DNA of 64,000 nt from a virus. Positions 57,416 through 64,000 of this stretch are shown piece after piece. The DNA lies in IMG/VR virus record IMGVR_UViG_3300034092_003233, positions 1 to 64,000 of that record; one strand, written 5' to 3'. The number at the start of each line of letters is the position of its first letter. Positions within the stretch are counted from its first letter, which is position 1. Under the pieces are notes generated by a model that worked only from the letters and a program-made list of their open reading frames with translations, searched no databases and was not told the DNA's origin. The translations under genes were made by a program, and so were the position numbers.

Positions 57416-58265
57416 TTGTTTTTCTCCATAAAGTATCATCAGCCATTTCTAGATTAATAACACGATTTAGATTATCATGAATTGCTTCTAGTTTAGAATG
57501 ATAAAGGTCTAGTGTCAAACTATTAATATCAAAATTTGAATCTAAAACAATAATACCATCCATGTTAAACAACGCACCAATAGCAGGATTACCAAGATAA
57601 ATTGGAATTGTACCTGTTGCAAAACAGTCTGTTAATTTTTCTGTATAGTAGCCATCATAAAAATCATTTTCAACAACTACATGAAACATATAATCCTTCA
57701 AACCAAACATTTTGCTTTTCCATGGCTGTGTTAAATCTGTATCAGGAAGCCGCGGCGAATCACATGCTCCACCAAACAAATCTAGTTTATCTTTGAATTG
57801 TTTTGCATAACCATGACGAATCATGTGTCCCTTTGTGTGCTTTTTGGGAGATGCAATCATACTCACCATTTTTGTTTTCTTGTAGATTCCGTATTCTGAT
57901 TCGGGAATCCAAGGAAGATTGCTGCCGGCTGGACAATATTCAAATACTCTAGAAATGGAAACAAGATTCTTGTCAGAAACAAAAATCTTCTTAAATCTTA
58001 GTTCTAATTTGTCATAGTTCCAAGCCAAAAATTGAGATAGATTATTTACAATAGATCTGGATTCGCACACCCAACCATATAGATTATCTAATCCCTCTGG
58101 AAGTTGATCATGCTGTAATATAGTATTATCAATTAACAACAAATGATCTATTTTGCCATAACTTGGCAACTTCCATTCAAAATTTTTAGGTTTTCGGTTT
58201 GAACAAGATGAAGTCTCCGGATCAAACGGAAACCCATATGCATATAAAAAGTTTTGTTGTTTCAT
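57396..58265 (-). CDS. GT10-like (fucosyltransferase) glycosyltransferase
   Basis: YMFHVVVEN..YYTEKLTDCF..TIPIYLG. Confidence 0.82.
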   Translation of the reverse strand: MKQQNFLYAYGFPFDPETSSCSNRKPKNFEWKLPSYGKIDHLLLIDNTILQHDQLPEGLDNLYGWVCESRSIVNNLSQFLAWNYDKLELRFKKIFVSDKNLVSISRVFEYCPAGSNLPWIPESEYGIYKKTKMVSMIASPKKHTKGHMIRHGYAKQFKDKLDLFGGACDSPRLPDTDLTQPWKSKMFGLKDYMFHVVVENDFYDGYYTEKLTDCFATGTIPIYLGNPAIGALFNMDGIIVLDSNFDINSLTLDLYHSKLEAIHDNLNRVINLEMADDTLWRKTNEAINN

Positions 58266-58267
58266 GA

Positions 58268-59008
58268 TTAATAATTAAGCACCCAAGATTTTTTAAAGAT
58301 ACCTGATATGTATTCGTAATCTTTGTGTTGATTCACACCATCGAATTTTCGAGGATACATTATCAAGTTTTTTGTTGTATTCAACACATCAATAAGATAG
58401 CACAAAGATGTCTCAACTGTATGAATTTCTTTTGCATTTTCTAAAAGCCAACAATAGTCAAATATGTGCCTTGACTTTGTGTCGTTTTTTATAACTCGTA
58501 AATTTGTGTTTACTTCAAAATTCGTTTCTTTCACTTGAAATAAGCCACGAAAAAATGTATTAACAAATACAAAAGGCTCATCCTCTTCCAAACCAAACTC
58601 TTTTCTTAAATCGGTTTCTCTTTGTGGGTTTCTAGTAAACTTAAGATATGATTGCCAATTTGTTCCAGAATTGCCAATCAATTGATATTTTGTTCTCATT
58701 GCATGTCGCCAATCCCAACCAAAATGTCCATGAGAGTTTCCAAAAGGCAAATACAAAATGGTGTCAGTTTCATCTTTATGAATTCGAACATCTGCTGTGT
58801 GTTTTTTATACAGATGCTTGAATGGAAATTCAGAGTTAACATCATAAAACTCTATATTATATTCTTTAATATATTCACTCAAGTAAAGATACTCAGGAAT
58901 AACAGGCCATATTATCTTGTAACCTTTGTCATGAAATAAACTAACTGCTTTTTGCAGATAAAGCATACTACCTATGCCGGTAGATTGATCAAGCAAAACA
59001 TATTTCAT
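58268..59008 (-). CDS. Putative GT-B fold glycosyltransferase
   Basis: Q.TGIGS, IFDYCWLLENAKEIHTVETS; cluster context. Confidence 0.55.
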   Translation of the reverse strand: MKYVLLDQSTGIGSMLYLQKAVSLFHDKGYKIIWPVIPEYLYLSEYIKEYNIEFYDVNSEFPFKHLYKKHTADVRIHKDETDTILYLPFGNSHGHFGWDWRHAMRTKYQLIGNSGTNWQSYLKFTRNPQRETDLRKEFGLEEDEPFVFVNTFFRGLFQVKETNFEVNTNLRVIKNDTKSRHIFDYCWLLENAKEIHTVETSLCYLIDVLNTTKNLIMYPRKFDGVNQHKDYEYISGIFKKSWVLNY

Positions 59009-59370
59009 AAATGTTCTTTTTCATCAATAATCAGAGACTGTGTTTCTTTGTTTATCTTTTGCTTATACGAAAACCGTAAGTCATTGAGTTTAAATATTTT
59101 TCTACAACATTCAATAAATTTCTCATCAAATTTATTTAACTTTTCAAACTCTCTTACTTGATTTTCAAGATTCCACAACTCGTTATTGACTGAAAGCAAA
59201 TCCGTTATAAATTCATTTAAAGTTGAAAACTTTTTAACATGTTTTTGTAAAAGTTCTAATTCTTCAGAAACATTTTTTCTCTTTTCATTGTCTTTGATGT
59301 TTTTCATCTTGACAAGAAGAATAGTATACCGATCTAGCAATTCACCATTGGAAATAGAAATGCAATTCAT
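59005..59370 (-). CDS. Helical protein commonly adjacent to glycosyltransferases (DUF6165-like)
   Basis: ISNGELLDRYTIL..VNNELWNLE..NDLRF..KQKIN. Confidence 0.7.
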   Translation of the reverse strand: MNCISISNGELLDRYTILLVKMKNIKDNEKRKNVSEELELLQKHVKKFSTLNEFITDLLSVNNELWNLENQVREFEKLNKFDEKFIECCRKIFKLNDLRFSYKQKINKETQSLIIDEKEHL

Positions 59371-60026
59371 CGTGACTCCGCCATGAAAGAATTACCCGGC
59401 GATTGCCATTCAATCAATTGATCTGTATATCCCATCTTTTTCAATACTTCTTTCTTAGATGGCATATCAGATAATCCCATCATAAAAACTGTTGAATTAG
59501 ATTGTTTTCCTGGCCATTCACAATAATCTCGGTTGAGTATTGCAATCTTTTTTTCTTTTATGTAATTAGTCATACATGCTATAAAAGTTTCATGATCAAA
59601 TAGATTGCTCTGTGTTTGTCGAACTACATCACATTGCTGTATCCACATCTGAATAAATTCTAGGGTTTCACTGTTATAATTAAACCAAAGAGGAGATGCC
59701 TTTATCTGTCTCAACTCTTTTGCATCAGTAGAAGCCACACCCATATTAACACCGAGAGAAGAAAATCCATCAAATATAGATGGTTCCTTTAGAATAAAAG
59801 TATCAATATCTAACCAAAGTATTGGTCTTTGTTTTTCTATTAATTTTTTGTAAATGAATTTTGGTTTAATTAAACAGTTATTTTGGTAAGAACCCTGAGA
59901 TTCCAGATGATCTATTGAGTAAGGAATTCCAAATGATTCACACTCTTCCTTAAATCTTTTTGCGTGATCTGTATAATATGTTCTACCATCTACATCACAA
60001 AAATAACTTATCACAAGTGTTTGCAT
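59367..60026 (-). CDS. Nucleotide-diphospho-sugar transferase
   Basis: KPKFI, LWLDID, DHE. Confidence 0.75.
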   Translation of the reverse strand: MQTLVISYFCDVDGRTYYTDHAKRFKEECESFGIPYSIDHLESQGSYQNNCLIKPKFIYKKLIEKQRPILWLDIDTFILKEPSIFDGFSSLGVNMGVASTDAKELRQIKASPLWFNYNSETLEFIQMWIQQCDVVRQTQSNLFDHETFIACMTNYIKEKKIAILNRDYCEWPGKQSNSTVFMMGLSDMPSKKEVLKKMGYTDQLIEWQSPGNSFMAESR

Positions 60027-60032
60027 AATTTA

Positions 60033-60434
60033 TTACTTTCCTATATGGTATTTAGGAATCAATTCCCATTCTTTCTTTTCCTTAAAAGGAATAATCTTTA
60101 GTTGAGCAATGCTCAATTGGTTTGTTTTATACTTGTCGCTTATTGGAGTCAATAGACCCCATTCGTGTAACAATTTAACTATTGTATTTCTACGAGCAAG
60201 ATCACTTTCACTTGTATCTGTTTCTAATCCATCTAGAGCCAATAGTTCTTTAAAATGAAGAATTGCATATCTTCCTCTCTTGTGAAGTATATGGCAACTT
60301 TGATACAACTTTTTATCTTTTTTGGAAGAAACTCCTATTCTTGTTAGAGTTTCTTTTATCTTGAGGAAGTCGTCTTCATTTTCAAATTTAATCTCTACAC
60401 CATAACCTTCAAATATATCTTCCGTGTGTTTCAT
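60033..60434 (-). CDS. regA: Translational repressor RegA
   Basis: DDFLKIKETLTRIGV..LYQSCHILHKRGRY.ILHFKEL. Confidence 0.97.
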   Translation of the reverse strand: MKHTEDIFEGYGVEIKFENEDDFLKIKETLTRIGVSSKKDKKLYQSCHILHKRGRYAILHFKELLALDGLETDTSESDLARRNTIVKLLHEWGLLTPISDKYKTNQLSIAQLKIIPFKEKKEWELIPKYHIGK

Positions 60435-60489
60435 ATTAAAGCCATTTCTACTAATAATACCTATTATGCCTTTTCATTGTTGGCACAGA

Positions 60490-60496
60490 TATTTAG
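60490..60496 (-). promoter_or_regulatory. Late-promoter variant upstream of regA and the glycosylation cluster
   Basis: CTAAATA in intergenic region. Confidence 0.45.
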
Positions 60497-60503
60497 AATT
60501 TGG

Positions 60504-60902
60504 CTACTTTTGACGAGATGAACCACCACGGTAAGTTTGCTTCTTCAGTTCTTCTATGTCCTCCGGACTGAGAAGGTCTAATACCTCCTTGGAACGCTTA
60601 TAAGAATAACCATATACTTCTTTCAGCATATCCAATAGTTCCATCATTCCATGTTCATCTTTTAGCCATTTGCTGTACCTCTTTCTCTGTCGTACAGATA
60701 ACCGCAAGTAGTCAAAATGCATCTTTTTTTGAATTCCGGGAATGGAATTCATTTGATTGCACTGCATGATGGTATCTGGAAAATAAGAAAGAGAATGATT
60801 TATGATGTAAGGTGCATACTCTCTTTCTGAGGGATTATTATCCCCATCAAGGATCGGTTCCTTTGAGTAGTTAATAGCAGTTAAAAAGTCACCCAATTTC
60901 AT
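60504..60902 (-). CDS. gp62: Clamp loader small subunit
   Basis: YAPYIINHSLSYFPDT..RKRYSKW; position after gene 44. Confidence 0.93.
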   Translation of the reverse strand: MKLGDFLTAINYSKEPILDGDNNPSEREYAPYIINHSLSYFPDTIMQCNQMNSIPGIQKKMHFDYLRLSVRQRKRYSKWLKDEHGMMELLDMLKEVYGYSYKRSKEVLDLLSPEDIEELKKQTYRGGSSRQK

Positions 60903-61837
60903 TTAAATTCACACCCCATCATAAGTTCAACGATACATGCCACTAAATTGATCTCCTGATCCGCGACAAATGCCGATTTGTATTGGTATTCCGCTAGAGC
61001 AAGAATGGCAGTTGGAATAGATCCGCTCTTTAAGTTTTCATATAAGCCGTCATATAACTTCCTAAAGATGTGCTGTGGATCATTGTCTATATTCGATACA
61101 ACCCAAACTCTGGCTGCACTGAAGTCTTTATTCTTCATGTGATCCATGAGTTCTTTTATCTTTATATCCCCGACTTCGCTCAAGATACCAATGTCTATGA
61201 TTCCAGCCGAGGAATACCTCTGCAACTCATTTAAAGTCCTTCTGAAGTCCGGGAAATGCTTTATAATGAGTTGTGTGAGAACTTTTTTATCATAACCAAT
61301 CTTTTCTTCCTTTAGAATAAACTCACAACGAGAAAGGAAGTCTTTTGCCAATTGTGGCTTTTCTTTGATTGGAATAGAGAAGTCTATGCAAGTACAACGA
61401 GAATGAATTGGCTCAATGATTCGATTCTTATAATTACATGTCAGAATGAATCGGCAGTTCTTTGCAAACTCTTCAATTGCGCCTCGTAGTGCTGGCTGGA
61501 TTGATTGTGCATTTGAATAATCAAACTCATCTAGAATAACAACTTTCTTTGTATCGGACAAAGAAATGGTGGAAGCAAACTGACGAATTTTAGTTCGAAG
61601 CGTATCAATGTTACCATCTTCAGAGCAGTTAATGATAATCCAATCTGCTCCTAGTTGGTTACACAATGCTCGGGCAACACTTGTTTTACCCGTTCCAGCC
61701 TTTCCTGAAAGTAAAAGGTTGGGACATTCTCCACCTTTTACAATATCATTGAATGTCTTTTTAAGAGAAGCAGGAAGAATACACTCATCAATGGTTTTTG
61801 GACGATATTTTTCTACAAACAAATTAATAGTATTCAT
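60899..61837 (-). CDS. gp44: Clamp loader large subunit
   Basis: VEKYRP, GKAGTGKT, LDEFD, SRC, FPDFRR. Confidence 0.96.
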   Translation of the reverse strand: MNTINLFVEKYRPKTIDECILPASLKKTFNDIVKGGECPNLLLSGKAGTGKTSVARALCNQLGADWIIINCSEDGNIDTLRTKIRQFASTISLSDTKKVVILDEFDYSNAQSIQPALRGAIEEFAKNCRFILTCNYKNRIIEPIHSRCTCIDFSIPIKEKPQLAKDFLSRCEFILKEEKIGYDKKVLTQLIIKHFPDFRRTLNELQRYSSAGIIDIGILSEVGDIKIKELMDHMKNKDFSAARVWVVSNIDNDPQHIFRKLYDGLYENLKSGSIPTAILALAEYQYKSAFVADQEINLVACIVELMMGCEFK

Positions 61838-61849
61838 AATTAACTCCAA

Positions 61850-61880
61850 GAAAAAGGACGATTGGAAATCCAATCGTCCT
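61850..61880 (-). terminator. Intrinsic terminator/attenuator between genes 45 and 44
   Basis: AGGACGATTGG-4 nt-CCAATCGTCCT followed by T tract on minus strand. Confidence 0.75.
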
Positions 61881-61901
61881 CTTCAGACACATGGGATTTA
61901 C

Positions 61902-62594
61902 TCAGTTATGGTAACTGCTAGTCGATTCCAATGCAACCCAATACTTCAAAGAAATATCTTTATGGCTAAATTGGCTAATAGTGGACTTCGCAATCTTTAC
62001 TTGATATTCACCCGGCAAGAACTTTAGATTTTCGATTCGGAAATCAAACTCAAAATCTGCATCGGAAGTATTCTTTCCAAGTTCAACACTAAACTTGTTA
62101 CATGTTGGATCGTTCTTGTCACAAACAACACCAATCAACTTATTCCCATCTCCAGTTATAGAGAGGTGCGGTAGTTGCAGAACTGAAGACGCACGAACAA
62201 TCTCATCAAAGATCGTTTCAGTCAAATCAAATTCAACAACAGCATCTGGCATGTTAATTGACTTGGTTGGTACTGTCAGTAGTTTGGGTTCAGAGTAGTA
62301 ATAAGTCACGCTTGAACTATTATTACCAGAAATAATAACATGCTTATCGTTGAATACAAATTCAGGATCCTTGAACAATGAAACAGTTCCTAGAAACTTG
62401 TTCATATCCCAGATTCCAAACTCTACATCAAATGTTTCAGAAACATTTGCTTCTGCCATTACATTTTTAGCGGGAGCAACAGTAACAATCTTATTACCTG
62501 GCTTTACCAGAAGATTGGAATTGATTGAAGTAAAATTCTTTAGAATTGTAAGTGTTTGTTTTGAAATTTTTGTTGTTGTCTTAGTATCAGTCAT
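61902..62594 (-). CDS. gp45: Sliding clamp
   Basis: TLTILKNFTSINSN..FGIWDMNKFL..ENLK..YWVALE. Confidence 0.95.
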   Translation of the reverse strand: MTDTKTTTKISKQTLTILKNFTSINSNLLVKPGNKIVTVAPAKNVMAEANVSETFDVEFGIWDMNKFLGTVSLFKDPEFVFNDKHVIISGNNSSSVTYYYSEPKLLTVPTKSINMPDAVVEFDLTETIFDEIVRASSVLQLPHLSITGDGNKLIGVVCDKNDPTCNKFSVELGKNTSDADFEFDFRIENLKFLPGEYQVKIAKSTISQFSHKDISLKYWVALESTSSYHN

Positions 62595-62776
62595 TGGTAA
62601 TCCTCGTTTTCCATTTTATCCATAATATCATCAAAGTCAACTGTTCCATGTTTTAAATCATCTAAAATACGACGAGTATCGTGTCTTGTGCCACGGCTTT
62701 TCTTTACCCGTGTCTTCTTGACTGTGCGCTTAAAATCCCGATTGTCTGGTTCTTTACCCTTGTAGTAATCTGACAT
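62591..62776 (-). CDS. Small hypothetical protein
   Basis: Basic N-terminus, acidic C-terminus; coupled to gene 45. Confidence 0.65.
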   Translation of the reverse strand: MSDYYKGKEPDNRDFKRTVKKTRVKKSRGTRHDTRRILDDLKHGTVDFDDIMDKMENEDYQ

Positions 62777-63616
62777 TTAAAAATCCTCTATGTTTGTAAT
62801 TAGATTCTTTAGTTTCTTTTCAATCATGTATGTCATGACTTTTGCTTTTGAGCCAATAACTGGTTTCTCAAATTGTTCGATAACCGCTTGCTCCAAATCA
62901 CTAGGAATGCAAGACAGATCAATAATAGACTTGTTTCTGTCATAAAAAGGTAACTCTTGAATGCGGTTATTCACGATGTCATCCATAACTTTAGACATAA
63001 CCTTGGTTGTAAGTCTCTTTTGAGATTTTTCTTCATTAACAAATGTGTCATCATCCGAAAGGATGTTAGGCACACCATCAGAAGAATCTCCGCGAATGAT
63101 ATGCTCCAACAAAAATATCTTTGGATTATCGCTCTTAATGTATCCCTTTTTCAAGGGACTGTACTGGTAAACATTTTCAAATTGACCAAGTTGCATAAAA
63201 TCTTTGTCATTAGACAAAATAAGTATCTTTTCCAACTTGTGATAATGCTTAGTCAACACAAAAATGATATCATCGGCTTCCGTTGTTTCAACTGTGATGT
63301 TTCTATACGGAAAAATTTCTTTAATTTCAGAACGAATAGTATGAAGACTGTTATAGATTGCATCCCAATCCATATCAGAATTTGACTGGTTCTTCTTTCT
63401 ATTCTGTTTGTATTGTGGGAAGATTTTTTTCCTCCAACAATTACTAGAATCATTACAAATTACGAGTTGCCCGTATTCCTCACGAAACTCTGAATTATAT
63501 TTTCGATATGTGTTTAGAACCATATGCCTAATATAGTCTTCATTTAGTTCGGGATAATCTTTCATAGACTGAAAGATACTGGCTAAAATTATTTGGTTGT
63601 TATCTAAGAGTATTAT
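62777..63616 (-). CDS. rnh: T4-type RNase H (5'-3' exonuclease), probable ATA start
   Basis: WRKKIFPQYK.NR, EADDII, SNDKDFMQL, GDSSDGVPN; conserved ILLDxNQ N-terminus lies upstream of the first ATG. Confidence 0.93.
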   Translation of the reverse strand: MILLDNNQIILASIFQSMKDYPELNEDYIRHMVLNTYRKYNSEFREEYGQLVICNDSSNCWRKKIFPQYKQNRKKNQSNSDMDWDAIYNSLHTIRSEIKEIFPYRNITVETTEADDIIFVLTKHYHKLEKILILSNDKDFMQLGQFENVYQYSPLKKGYIKSDNPKIFLLEHIIRGDSSDGVPNILSDDDTFVNEEKSQKRLTTKVMSKVMDDIVNNRIQELPFYDRNKSIIDLSCIPSDLEQAVIEQFEKPVIGSKAKVMTYMIEKKLKNLITNIEDF

Positions 63617-63660
63617 AATTGCACCTCGTTATATTCATTATAAAGAAATAGTAATAAAAG

Positions 63661-63987
63661 TCAATAATTATTTACCCACTGCTCACTATTGCCATCCGGT
63701 AGATACTTGTATATTTTACCATTAGTTGTATTAAACCACTCATCTCCAATATTAGGATTCAACGGAACATCAGGACCCCAATAAAACTGAATGGGCTGTG
63801 AACCACCAACAAGTTGTTGCCATCCACCATTTTGGACATTATCCGGAGCCAAATCTCGTATTGTATTTGTGGCAACATAAGTTTTTCCCTGATAAAAAAC
63901 AACATCTCCCGTTTGATATGTTATAACCAAACCAGATGCAGTTCTCGCTTTATAATTTCCCTTAAAATTAAATGAATTAACTGTCAT
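63661..63987 (-). CDS. Virion-associated protein with carbohydrate-binding-like module
   Basis: YQTGDVVFYQGKTYVA..W and GDEWFNT..DG..WV modules. Confidence 0.65.
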   Translation of the reverse strand: MTVNSFNFKGNYKARTASGLVITYQTGDVVFYQGKTYVATNTIRDLAPDNVQNGGWQQLVGGSQPIQFYWGPDVPLNPNIGDEWFNTTNGKIYKYLPDGNSEQWVNNY

Positions 63988-64000
63988 TTAAGTGCTCGGA

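Overview
A 64-kb segment of a large, AT-rich T4-like (myovirus-type) bacteriophage genome. (i) 1-17.4 kb: late-promoter-driven genes. Many start with a T4 internal-protein-like capsid-targeting sequence and are punctuated by [ILV]-x-E prohead-protease-type sites (nucleotidyltransferase/nuclease/HNH polyprotein, ligase-like protein, lysozyme fusion, GNAT-like proteins). The region also holds a secreted subtilase and a PEP-CTERM-like protein, both pointing to a Planctomycetota (Phycisphaerae-like) host, plus lysis candidates. (ii) 17.4-18.3 kb: a RuvC-like gene flanked by two structured non-coding elements. One is a ~170-nt late-promoter-driven RNA carrying a perfect 17-nt copy of the 16S rRNA 3' end (anti-Shine-Dalgarno); this is the top finding, especially as several phage transcripts look leaderless. 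(iii) 18.3-30.4 kb: DNA metabolism and replication (C5 methyltransferase with a nested out-of-frame ORF, NrdJ, ThyX, primase, helicase, UvsX, gp43, dUTPase). (iv) 30.4-43 kb: a modular tail-fibre/collagen-like gene cluster. (v) 43-60 kb: an 18-gene nucleotide-sugar and glycosyltransferase island including a yersiniose-like branched-sugar route. (vi) 60-64 kb: regA, clamp loader, clamp, and an RNase H with an apparent ATA start. All calls come from motif reading by eye; no database searches were run.
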